DNA from: an uncultured delta proteobacterium | GTDB taxonomy: Bacteria > Myxococcota > UBA727 > VGSZ01 | Length of the DNA: 64,000 nucleotides | Reading direction: 5' to 3' | Assembly (NCBI GenBank): GCA_963775425.1 | Contig: CAVZJB010000011.1 | Location: 1,085,751 to 1,149,750 of the forward strand | Shown here: one piece after another, positions 23,423-32,765 of the stretch | How positions within the stretch are numbered: position 1 is the first letter of the stretch | Layout: the number at the start of each line of letters is the position of its first letter | Translations under genes and position numbers: made by a program | Notes under the pieces: generated by a model | Seen by the model: only the letters and a program-made list of their open reading frames with translations | What the model was told of the DNA's origin: nothing | The model's database searches: none

Positions 23423-24219
23423 TCATGGTGCGAGGTCACTGGCGGCGGCCAGCGTCGACGTGGACCAATCAGCGGTTGCGCTGAATTGAGGCGCCTCGTG
23501 TTGGGGGCGCATGACCTTGTGCGCCTCCTTGTGCCCGAGGTCCCAGAGCGCGGTCGCGAGGTCCGCTTGCGTGATGAGCCTGCGCGCGTGGCCATCCCTG
23601 TCGAGCGTCACGCGGATGCTCGGATGTTCGAGCCCGATGACCTGCGCCCATGTCTTGTATGGCTCTTCAAGCTCCGGCTCGAAGTCGTCAGGTAGCTCCT
23701 TGGCCTCGTGCTCCTCGATCCAGCCCGCGACAGGCCCGCCGCCAAACGTCCAGAGCGTCTTCGCGTCCTTCGGATCGATGAGCTCTTGTCCCTGCTCGAA
23801 GGCGGCCGCGAGGTCCTCGTCGGACTGCGCCGCGACCTTCCCTTGCCAGCAACCGCCGTCGAGGCACGCGTCGTTCGAGTCGGTGTCGCCGATCTGAAAG
23901 AGCTGCGCCTGCGCGTGTGTTCGTTTGGTGCACGAGAGGCAGGAGCCGGCCGCCGGGACAAGCTCTTCGTCGTAGAGCGACCACCGCGCGTGCATCAGCT
24001 TCCGAGAGCCGAGCAGGACGAAGTGATCGACCTCCTTGTGGTTCATACGGCGCCCTCCTCGATCAGGAGCTCGAAGCGCGACGAGATCGCCTTGAGCGCG
24101 TGGAGCTGTGCAGGCTCGTCGAGCCGCGCAAAGAGCAGCGCGGAGCGGAGCTGCAGGTTCCCGCGGCGCAGGAGGTCCTGCACGCCAGCGACCAGCTCGG
24201 TCAGCTTGAGGCGCTGGCA
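23423..24219 (-). pseudogene. truncated, frameshifted phage/ICE-type ParB/RepB/Spo0J family gene
   Basis: 24219-24043 reads QRLKLTELVAGVQDLLRRGNLQLRSALLFARLD (post-HTH ParB helices). 24046-23423 reads LVPAAGSCLSCTKRT..LF..DACLDGGCWQGKVAA (Cys4 region of phage ParB-like proteins). The N-terminal ParB domain is absent. Confidence 0.7.
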
Positions 24220-24305
24220 TGGGAGTCGAGGGTGGGACCGTCACTCCCACCCCCGCAGTCACGATTTCGCGCGATGCGATTTTCGTGCGGTGACGACGTC
24301 AAAAC

Positions 24306-24380
24306 TGGTGGCCCCGGCGAGATTCGAACTCGCGACAAGCACCGTGTAAGGATGCCACTCTACCGCTGAGTTACAGGGCC
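24306..24380 (-). tRNA. trnV: tRNA-Val(TAC)
   Basis: GGCCCTGTAACTCAGCGGTAGAGTGGCATCCTTACACGGTGCTTGTCGCGAGTTCGAATCTCGCCGGGGCCACCA: full cloverleaf, anticodon TAC, encoded CCA. Confidence 0.97.
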
Positions 24381-24603
24381 GCGTCGACGAGGATACCAGG
24401 GCCCGGACGCGAAGCGACCCGAAACGTCGCCGGGGCGTTCGTCGCGCCGGTGACGCGCCGAACGGTGAGCACCCCGCTCTCACGCACGCCGTCACGCGCT
24501 GACCGCTTGCCGCACACGTGGCACCCACGCGCGCCCCGTTCACGCGCACGTTCACCGCGCTGATCGCATGCGTGCGCGACGCGGGGGACACGCCCCCGCC
24601 CTC

Positions 24604-24684
24604 CGAACGCCGGCGGCAGGCATCAGCCCGCGAACGCCGCGGGCGAGCATCAGTCCACGAACGCCGGCGGCAAGCATCAGCCCG
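24604..24684. repeat. 27-bp intergenic tandem repeat, 3 copies plus a degenerate partial copy
   Basis: cgaacgccggcggcaggcatcagcccg / cgaacgccgcgggcgagcatcagtcca / cgaacgccggcggcaagcatcagcccg. Confidence 0.85.
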
Positions 24685-24963
24685 CAAATCGCCGGCCGCA
24701 CACCTTGGCCGTGCGAGTGCCGGCGGCAAGCCCGCCGTGGATCACCGGGGCCCTTGGATCACCGGCAGCACGCCGCACCAGCGCCGCGACGGCGCACGAG
24801 GACTGACACTGCTGCGCGCCGACGTGGCGCGCGAGGACGCCAACGTGGCCCCACGACTTCCCGGCGACGCGTCGTCCCTGAAACGACGAGCGATCCTGCG
24901 GCGTGCCGCCCCGTCGACGCAGTTGCGGACGCGGCGGGGGTTCTGTTGCTACAACCGCGCCCC

Positions 24964-27900
24964 GTGGGCTCGAACCAACTCCGCACTCGCGCCGTCGCGG
25001 CTCTGCTCCCCTTTCTCGTCGCCGCGGCCCCCGCGCCAGGTACCGGCGCGCGCGCCATCGACGACGAGCGCGCCGCGCGCACCAAGGAGGGCCTCGAGAG
25101 CAACGATGCCCTCCTCGCCGTCGGCGGCTACAGCCGCGCGCGGCTCCTCACCGAGCACGTCCCCGTCCCCGGCGCCGAACAAAAGCTCGACGAGGATGTC
25201 GCCGCCCACGCCAGGAGCCCGCTCGTTCGCGCCGACGCGTCGTTCGCCCTCCTCCTGCGCGCCGCCCGCGCCGGCGACGTCGACGGCGCCCGGAAGCGCG
25301 CCGACGAGCTCGGCTTCGTCCCCGAAGTGCGCGCCGTCGGCCCGTTCAGCAACACCGGCGGCGCGTCCTTCGGGCAGACGCTGCCGGATCCGGTCACGAC
25401 CCAGATCGCGCGCGTCTCCGGGGTGGAGCGCGACGTCGGCTGGCAAACCGTTCCGCTCGATCCCGACGCGAGCTTCGACCTCCTCCCGCGCATGGCCCCC
25501 ACCAAGGAGACGCGCGCGCTCGTGGCCTTCGTCGTCCACGCGCGCGCCCCCACGCCGGCGGCGCTCCGCATCGGATCCAGCGGCCAGGTGCGCGCCAGCG
25601 TCAACGGCGTCGAGGTCGCGCGCGCCGACGCCGATCGCGCGCTCGGCTTCGACCAGACCGTCGCCGGCGTGCAGCTCGTCCGCGGCGACAACCTCGTCGT
25701 CCTCGAGATGGGCTTCCTCGGCGACGACGCGGGCCTGCGGCTGCGCTTCACGCGCCCCGACGGCGCGCCCATCACGGGGCTGAAGTTCCTCGCAGATCCA
25801 CGCGACATCGCACGCGCCGGCAAGACCAAGGCGAGCGCGCGCTCCGGGCCCGGCGTCGTCGACCCCGCCGCCCGCGCCGCCGCCCTCATCGGCGGCGCAT
25901 CCGCGAGCACGCCGGCCAAGGACCTGCGCGCCGCCGTCGACGTCGAGAGCCACCTGCACGCCGGCGACCTGCGCCGCCGGCCCCAGGAGATCGAGCAGGG
26001 GCTCACCGAGCTCGCGGCCGCGCTCGATCACGAGAAGGCGCCCGCCGCCGACATCGCCGCCGTCCGCGCGCGGCTCGCCAACGTGCTGCGCCCTCGCGAC
26101 GTCACCAACGCGCGGCGCGAATACGAGCGCGCGCTCGACCTCGACGCCGACTGCGTCGACGCGCTCGTCGGCCTCGCCGCCGTTCGCGTGCAGCTCGACG
26201 ATATCGCCGAGGCGCGCTCGCTCCTCGTGCGCGCCCAGAAGGCGGCGCCCCAGTCGGATCTCGTCGCGCGCCGCCTGCTCGACTTCGATCGCAACGACGG
26301 TCACGGCGGGCTCGCCGTGGACCTCGCCGTCCTCGAACGCGCCAAGGCCGTGCCCACCGAAGCAAACCTCGAGCTCGCCGCCGACGTCCTCGAGGACCAC
26401 GGTGATCGTGCCGGCGCGCTCGCGCTGTTGCAGGGGACGGGCGACGCCGCGCGCAAGAACCGCTTGCAGTCGGATCTGGCGTACGCGCGCCTGCCCGAAG
26501 ACCGCGGCGCGCTCGAAGAGCGCCTCGCCCTGGCGCAGGCCTCGCTGCGGCAACGCCCGGGGAGCCACGCGGAGGCGGAGACAGTGGCGCTCGCCCTCGT
26601 CGGCGACGGAAAGCTCGCGGACGCGAAAGCGTTCGCGGCGGAGCGCGCTGCGGAGTTCCCCGAGCGCGCGGAGCCGCGCGCGCTCGCCGCCAAGGTCGCG
26701 CTCATCGCCGGCGACCGCGACGCCGCGCGGGCGTCGTTGCAGGCCGCGCTCGCGGTCCGGCCGCAGGACGCCGAGCTCGCTCGCACGCTGCGGGCGCTCA
26801 CCGAGAACAGGGAAGAGCTCGTCGAGAAGTACGGGCTCGACCCCGCCAAATACCGCAAGGTGCCCGTGTCCAAAGAGGGAGAGCGCCTCGGCGCCGAGGT
26901 GCTCGCCACCACCACCGCCATCCGCTTCTTCGAAAACGGGCTCGGCCGCACGGTCACCGATCGCGTGATCCGCGTGCTCGACGCCAAGAAGGCGGCGGGG
27001 CTGCAGTCGTTCTCGTTCGGCTACTCCGAGGGACGCGAGACTCTCGAGATCCTCGTCGCCGAGCGCATCACGAAGCGCGGGAGGCGTGAGCCCGCCATGC
27101 GTGTTATCGACAACGGTCCCGGCGGCAAGCGGAGCGGCGTCTACACCGACGTCGCCAGCAAGACCGTGGTGCTCGGCAAGCTCGCCGACGGCGACCTCAT
27201 CCACGTGCGCACGCGCAAAGAGCTCGTGGGAATGCAGAACCTCTTCGGCGACTTCTTCGGTGATTTCGAGCCGATTCAGGGAACCGTGCCCGTGAGCAAC
27301 TGGCGCCTCGTCGTGGAAGCTCCTCTGTCGCGCAAGCTCGCCTGGGGCGGAAGGAACGCACCGGCGCCCCGGATCACCGAGGAGCGCGATCGACGCGTGT
27401 ACGACTTCACCGTGGCGTCGGCGCCGGCCATCGAGCCGGAGCCGGGGATGGCGCCGTTTTACGAGGTCGCCGACTTCGTATCGGTGTCGACGTACGCGTC
27501 ATGGGACGCGCTCGACGCCTGGTACGAGAAGCTCATCGCCCCCCAATTCGAGCTCGACGACGACCTCAAGCGCGTCGCGGCCGACATCCGCTCGAGCTCG
27601 GAGACCGAGACCGAGAAGGTCCGCAAGGTCTACGATCACGTCGTCACCGGCACGCGATACGTCGGCATCGAGCTCGGCATCCATGGGTGGAAGCCGTATC
27701 CCGTCGCCGAGATCCACCGGCGCAAGTACGGCGACTGCAAGGACAAAGCGTCGCTCCTCGTGGCGCTGCTGCGCGCGGTGGGGGTGCCGGCCAACATCGT
27801 CCTCGTGCGCACCGCCAACCTGGGCAACATCGTGCCCGACCCGCCGTCGATGTGGACCTTCAACCACGCCATCGCCTATGTGCCGTCGCTCCACCTCTTC

Positions 27901-28674
27901 CTCGACGGCACCGCCGAGATGAGCGGCTTCACCGAGACGCCGCCGCTCGACCAGGGAGCGCTCGCGTTCATCGTCGGCAAGCACGGCGACAAACCCACGG
28001 GTGAGATCGTCACCATTCCGGTGAAGCCGGCGAGCGAAAACCTCAACGTCTCCGACTACGTGCTCCACCTCGGCCTCGACGGGACGCTCACGCTCAAGGG
28101 CACCGAGAAGTTCCGCGGCAGCCACAACGCCGAGCAGCGGCGGGACATGGCGGATCCAGCCACGCGCGCCGAGCTCCTGGAGAAGCACCTCGCCGACGTG
28201 ATGCCGGGGGCGCACGTGCAGAAGCTCGAGGTCAGCGACCTCGGCCTCGACCGCGAGGAGACGCAATACACCTTCGAGGCCACGCTGCCCGAGCGCGCGG
28301 TGAAGGAGAGCGACGGCTCGCTGTCCATGGCGGTCTCGCTCTACCCCCACGACCTCTCCGGCTCGTACGCGCAGCAGTCCACCCGAAAGACCGACATCTT
28401 CCTCGATCACCCTTGGCGCACACGGAACGTGATGCGGTACGTGCTGCCGAAGGGTGCGCGCGTCGACGACCTGCCGAAGGGCGGGACGGTGAAGGGCAAG
28501 CACCTCGCGTTCACCCAGAAGATCACCCGCACCGCCGACGGCTTCATCGTCGACGAGGACACCGCCGTGCTCGACCGCCGCATCCCCGCGTCCGATTACG
28601 TCGCCTTCCGCGACGCATGCCTGAGAGCGGATGCGTTGATGAAGCGCACGCTGCGAATCGAGGTGTCCCGATGA
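24964..28674 (+). CDS. exported TPR + DUF3857 + transglutaminase-like protein with an intact catalytic triad
   Basis: Signal-like N-terminus, TPR-like helices, DUF3857 region, YGDCKDKASLLVALLRAVG...FNHAIAYV...FLDGT (Cys-His-Asp). Start GTG 24964 inferred from a TACAAC box. Confidence 0.88.
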   Translation: MGSNQLRTRAVAALLPFLVAAAPAPGTGARAIDDERAARTKEGLESNDALLAVGGYSRARLLTEHVPVPGAEQKLDEDVAAHARSPLVRADASFALLLRAARAGDVDGARKRADELGFVPEVRAVGPFSNTGGASFGQTLPDPVTTQIARVSGVERDVGWQTVPLDPDASFDLLPRMAPTKETRALVAFVVHARAPTPAALRIGSSGQVRASVNGVEVARADADRALGFDQTVAGVQLVRGDNLVVLEMGFLGDDAGLRLRFTRPDGAPITGLKFLADPRDIARAGKTKASARSGPGVVDPAARAAALIGGASASTPAKDLRAAVDVESHLHAGDLRRRPQEIEQGLTELAAALDHEKAPAADIAAVRARLANVLRPRDVTNARREYERALDLDADCVDALVGLAAVRVQLDDIAEARSLLVRAQKAAPQSDLVARRLLDFDRNDGHGGLAVDLAVLERAKAVPTEANLELAADVLEDHGDRAGALALLQGTGDAARKNRLQSDLAYARLPEDRGALEERLALAQASLRQRPGSHAEAETVALALVGDGKLADAKAFAAERAAEFPERAEPRALAAKVALIAGDRDAARASLQAALAVRPQDAELARTLRALTENREELVEKYGLDPAKYRKVPVSKEGERLGAEVLATTTAIRFFENGLGRTVTDRVIRVLDAKKAAGLQSFSFGYSEGRETLEILVAERITKRGRREPAMRVIDNGPGGKRSGVYTDVASKTVVLGKLADGDLIHVRTRKELVGMQNLFGDFFGDFEPIQGTVPVSNWRLVVEAPLSRKLAWGGRNAPAPRITEERDRRVYDFTVASAPAIEPEPGMAPFYEVADFVSVSTYASWDALDAWYEKLIAPQFELDDDLKRVAADIRSSSETETEKVRKVYDHVVTGTRYVGIELGIHGWKPYPVAEIHRRKYGDCKDKASLLVALLRAVGVPANIVLVRTANLGNIVPDPPSMWTFNHAIAYVPSLHLFLDGTAEMSGFTETPPLDQGALAFIVGKHGDKPTGEIVTIPVKPASENLNVSDYVLHLGLDGTLTLKGTEKFRGSHNAEQRRDMADPATRAELLEKHLADVMPGAHVQKLEVSDLGLDREETQYTFEATLPERAVKESDGSLSMAVSLYPHDLSGSYAQQSTRKTDIFLDHPWRTRNVMRYVLPKGARVDDLPKGGTVKGKHLAFTQKITRTADGFIVDEDTAVLDRRIPASDYVAFRDACLRADALMKRTLRIEVSR

Positions 28675-31600
28675 CGCCTCTTCATGGTGCTCCCCTTGCT
28701 GGTGCGCGACGCGCGCGCGCGCCACGTCGCCTTGTCCGTGCCGCGGCCGTGGGGCTCGCGTTCGTGCTCGTCGGCGGCGCGTGCTTCGGCGAGCGCCGGG
28801 GGCTGTCGCGCGACGGCTTGTTGAAGGCGCTCGAGGACACGGCGTCGCAGCCCGCGTTGCCCACCGTCGACGAGCTCGTGTCCTTGCGCGTGCCGGAGCC
28901 GCCGCCGAAGCCGCAGGAGGTCGACGCGCAGCAACCCGCGTCCCCGGCCGCGCGCGCGCGCCTCGAGGCAGCGCGCGGCGACCTCGCCAAGGCGGAGGCG
29001 GCGTGGTCCGCGGGCGGCGCCGAGCTGTGGGCGCACCGCTGTCTCGTCGAGGGGGTGCTGCGCCGTTACGACAAGCTCGTCGACGCGTGCAGTCGCTTCC
29101 TCGATGCCGCGCCCGGCGACGCGCGGGCTCCCGCCGCCGTCCGCATCCTCGGCAAGGCGCGCTCCGGTTACGAGCGCGCGGGCGACATCATCGCCGAGCG
29201 CGGAGCCGGGTGGGTGGACGCGTGCGGCAACAAGAAGGGGGCCGCGTGCGCCGACCTCGCCCTCCTCGTCGCCGACGGGCGCGAGATCGTCGCGCGCCGG
29301 CAGAAGGACGCGAAGGCGCTGGAGATCGCAGCGCAGGGGAGCGGGCGCGTCCGGCACGCGGACATCGAGGGGCCGTTTCACGGCGACATGCGCGTGCTCT
29401 TCGCCCGCGATCTCACCGGCGCCCCCGTGACGCCGCACGCGCCGTTCTTCGAGCGCTTTCACGACGACGACGACGACGGCGTCTTCGATCCGTCCGTTCG
29501 CAGCGAGGACGGGCTCTACCGCATGCACTTCGCCGGCAAGGGCGGCGGCAACGCCCACGTCTTCGTGACGAGCGGCCACGCCGTGCGCGTGCGCGTCGAC
29601 GGCGTCGTCGTCGCCGAGCGCTTCGCCGACCTCCCGGCGCCGTCCGTGGTCACCGCCGAGGTGCGGCTGTCCCCGGGCACCCACCTCGTCGACGTCTCCG
29701 CCTGGTCTACGGGCCGCAGCGACCACATCGGTGTCGCGCTCCTGCGCGACGACGGCACGCCGGCGCTCGTCGAGCTCCCGTCCGGTGCCGCCCGGCCGGC
29801 GCGCGGCGCGGGCGCGAAGCTGGTCGCCCGCGCCCCCACCGTCTCACCGTCGACGCTGGCGGGCGGCGACGCCGCCGACGTCGAAGCGCTCACTCGCCTT
29901 TTGTGGCAGGAGGTGCTCGCGCGGCCGCCGTCGTTCGGGGCCGATCCCGACGTCGAGCGCCAGATCGCGGCGGTGCTCGTAAGCCGCTTCGGCTGGTCGC
30001 CGCTCGCGCTCGCCGTCGCGGCCGAGGCGGTGGGTGACGATCGCAGCGTCCCCGATCGCGTGGCGTCGTCGGCGGCGGCGCGGCTGTGGAGCCTGGTGCG
30101 CAAGGCCTGGCCCGACCACCCCGTCGCGCGCATCGCCGAGGCGCGCGACCTGCGCGACGAGCGGCCCGACGAAGCCCTGCGCGCGTATCGCGCGCTGGTC
30201 GCGGCGCAGCCGCGCTATCCGTTCGGCCAGCGCGAGTTGATCGACATGGCGCTCGACGACGGTCTGGTGGACGAAGCGCGCAGCTCCGCCAACGCGCTCC
30301 TCGCCGTCGACGAGTCCGCCGACAACCTCGACGCCGCCATCTCGGCATACAAGGCCGCCGGCGACGAGGCGCGCGCCGCGGCGCTCGAGGAGAAGCGCGC
30401 GAGCCTCGACGCCTCGCTCACGTCCGCACGCGAGGCCCGCCGGCTGCTCAACGCCGGCAACACCGACGAGGGCCTGGCGGCGCTCGAGCGAGCGGCGCAC
30501 GCCGAGCGGGACAGCCCGGCGCTCGAGGAGTACGTGGGGCTCCTCGCCCTGCGCTCGCCGTCGCGGGCGCTGAAGGCCGTGGACGGCGCGCTCGCGCAAT
30601 TCCCCAACGACGCGTCGCTCGTGGTCAAGAAGGCGGAGCTCCTCGAGGCGGCACAGGGGAAGGACGCGGCGCGGGCGTTCCTCGTCGGTGCGCTCCCGCG
30701 CGTGCGCGGCAGCGACCGCGCCGCGCGCTACGCCGAAGAGCTCGGCGTCCCGCCGGCGTGGCAAGCGCGGCTCGCGCTCGGCGATCGGGTCATCGCCGAG
30801 CGGCGCGCGCTCTCCAAGGAGCCCTTCCCCGGTCACCCCGCCGTGGCGCTCCTCGACGACGTCGAGCGCGTCATCTACGAAGACGACAGCTCGCTCAAGA
30901 TCCGCCACCTCATCATCGAGCTGCGCACCAAGGACGTGCTCAACCGCTTCGGCGAGATCAACACCGGCGGCGGCCGCGTGATCCGGCTGCGGGTCATCAA
31001 GCCCGATGGCACCGTCGTTGAGCGCGAGCGCCACCGCGGCGTCGATGACGTATCGCTGCCGCAGCTCACACCCGGCGACATCGTCGAGCTCCTCACGGTG
31101 GAGCGGGACGGCCCCACCGGCATCGGCGGCAGCTTCGAGACGCGCGCGCTCGACGGCACGGCCACGCCCGCGCTCTCGCGGCGCTACGTGCTCTCGTTCC
31201 CCGCAGGGTGGGACAAGGAGCGCGGCCTCGACATCGTGGCGCAAAACGGTCTGGCCGCGCCGGCGCCGGAGCCCTACGTCGACGGCGAGGGCCGCAAGCG
31301 CACGCGCTACGTCTTCGCCGTCGAAGGCGCCGACGGCGCGGAGCACGAGCCGTTCTCGCCGGACGCGTCGGAGACGGCGCGCACCGCGGGCTTCTCCTGG
31401 GGCGTGGATCTCGCCTTGTGGTCGCGCTTGCGCGGCATCACCCTCGAGCAGGCCGCCGCGCCGAACGCGTGGCTCGCCGAGTGCGCGCGCCGCATCGCCG
31501 GCGGTGGCGACGACGCGCAGAAGCTCGCGCGCATCTTTGCGTTCGTCGCCCGGCGCATCGAGCCAGCGGGCTCGCCCGACGACGCCACCGCGGTGCTCGC

Positions 31601-32657
31601 CACCGGGCAGGGCCAGCGCACGCCGCTGTTCGTCGCGCTCCTGCGCGCCGCCGGCCTCGACGCTTCGCCCGTGGCGCTGCAGCTCGCCACCCAGCCGGAT
31701 CCGTCCACGTTCGACCTCGGCTCGTACTCCGTCGTGGGCGTGCGCGTGCGCCAGGGTGGGCGCGAGCACTTCGCCATCGTCGACGGCAACGCGGTCCTGG
31801 ATCAGCTCCCCGAGATCGCTCGCGGCGCGCGCGTGCTCGACCTTTCGCTCGCACCGCCGCGAGGCCCGGACGTCGACAAGCTCCTCACGGCCTTGCCGGA
31901 CGACGTCCTCGACGACGCCGGCGTGCTGGTGCAGGTGGATCTCGCCAAGGCCAGGAAGAAGCCGACCCTCTCGGGGCTCGTCGTCGTCACCATCCCGCCC
32001 TCGAAGGCGGACGGCGCGCGGCGTGGCATCCGCCGGGCCACCCAGGATCAGCTCAAGCAGATCTTCGAGCGTTCGTTCACGGAGAGCCTGCCGGGGATCC
32101 AGGTCACCGAGGTGAAGACGCCCGGGCTCGATCTCGCGGGCACGCCCCTCCGTCTCGGCGCGAAGGTGACGGTGCCGCTGCCCGACACGGGCGACGTCAG
32201 CTCCCGCTTCGACCACCTGTTTTCGCACGGTGCGTCAGGCGGGCTTCAGTTGACGACGCCGCTCGGCGCGTATCTGCAGGTGGCCGATCGCAAGCAGCCG
32301 GTGCTCGTGTCCGCGGACAAGGAGGTGCTCGAGGTGCAGCTCTCGCTGCCGCCGACGTCGGCGTTCGTGGAGGCGCCGGAGCCGCTGTCCTTGAAGGCGG
32401 GGCCGTTCTCGCTCGAGCAGAAGGTGGAGATCGACAACGGCAAGCTGTACTGGCGGCGCGAGATCGAGCAGAAGAACGCGCGCATCCCGGTCGACCAATG
32501 GGCCGGCGTCCGGGTGGCGCTGGCCGGCTTGTCCGCGCGCTCCGACGCGCGGCTCTCCTTCGTCGCGGGTGAAGGTAGGAGAAAGACCGACTCTGCCGCA
32601 TCGGCTCGCACCGACGGACCGGATTCTCCGACGGGGACCGGCGCGGGCCGCAACTGA
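28671..32657 (+). CDS. lipoprotein, TPR + DUF3857 + degenerate transglutaminase-like domain
   Basis: ATGA overlap; lipobox VGGAC; RLRVIKPDGTV...LPQLTPGDIVE (DUF3857); core reads VLATGQGQRTPLFVALLRAAGLDA with no catalytic Cys. Confidence 0.82.
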   Translation: MTPLHGAPLAGARRARAPRRLVRAAAVGLAFVLVGGACFGERRGLSRDGLLKALEDTASQPALPTVDELVSLRVPEPPPKPQEVDAQQPASPAARARLEAARGDLAKAEAAWSAGGAELWAHRCLVEGVLRRYDKLVDACSRFLDAAPGDARAPAAVRILGKARSGYERAGDIIAERGAGWVDACGNKKGAACADLALLVADGREIVARRQKDAKALEIAAQGSGRVRHADIEGPFHGDMRVLFARDLTGAPVTPHAPFFERFHDDDDDGVFDPSVRSEDGLYRMHFAGKGGGNAHVFVTSGHAVRVRVDGVVVAERFADLPAPSVVTAEVRLSPGTHLVDVSAWSTGRSDHIGVALLRDDGTPALVELPSGAARPARGAGAKLVARAPTVSPSTLAGGDAADVEALTRLLWQEVLARPPSFGADPDVERQIAAVLVSRFGWSPLALAVAAEAVGDDRSVPDRVASSAAARLWSLVRKAWPDHPVARIAEARDLRDERPDEALRAYRALVAAQPRYPFGQRELIDMALDDGLVDEARSSANALLAVDESADNLDAAISAYKAAGDEARAAALEEKRASLDASLTSAREARRLLNAGNTDEGLAALERAAHAERDSPALEEYVGLLALRSPSRALKAVDGALAQFPNDASLVVKKAELLEAAQGKDAARAFLVGALPRVRGSDRAARYAEELGVPPAWQARLALGDRVIAERRALSKEPFPGHPAVALLDDVERVIYEDDSSLKIRHLIIELRTKDVLNRFGEINTGGGRVIRLRVIKPDGTVVERERHRGVDDVSLPQLTPGDIVELLTVERDGPTGIGGSFETRALDGTATPALSRRYVLSFPAGWDKERGLDIVAQNGLAAPAPEPYVDGEGRKRTRYVFAVEGADGAEHEPFSPDASETARTAGFSWGVDLALWSRLRGITLEQAAAPNAWLAECARRIAGGGDDAQKLARIFAFVARRIEPAGSPDDATAVLATGQGQRTPLFVALLRAAGLDASPVALQLATQPDPSTFDLGSYSVVGVRVRQGGREHFAIVDGNAVLDQLPEIARGARVLDLSLAPPRGPDVDKLLTALPDDVLDDAGVLVQVDLAKARKKPTLSGLVVVTIPPSKADGARRGIRRATQDQLKQIFERSFTESLPGIQVTEVKTPGLDLAGTPLRLGAKVTVPLPDTGDVSSRFDHLFSHGASGGLQLTTPLGAYLQVADRKQPVLVSADKEVLEVQLSLPPTSAFVEAPEPLSLKAGPFSLEQKVEIDNGKLYWRREIEQKNARIPVDQWAGVRVALAGLSARSDARLSFVAGEGRRKTDSAASARTDGPDSPTGTGAGRN

Positions 32658-32765
32658 CGCGTTCTCGTCGGTCGCAATCGAGCGCACGGCGGTCAAACCC
32701 GTTAACCTCGGTCGACCGTTGGATGATCCCGATCGTTGCGGATCGGGTAGGAGTGCGTCTGCGAA

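Noticed and set aside
24043-24046. ATGA overlap as true translational coupling of two small genes
   Set aside because: Both parts resemble consecutive regions of one ParB-like protein, and the upstream part has no start codon.
8800-24305. Intact prophage or att direct repeat of tRNA-Val
   Set aside because: No integrase or structural genes, and no duplicate of the tRNA 3' end found by eye.
24604-24684. CRISPR array
   Set aside because: The repeats are contiguous without spacers, and there are no cas genes.
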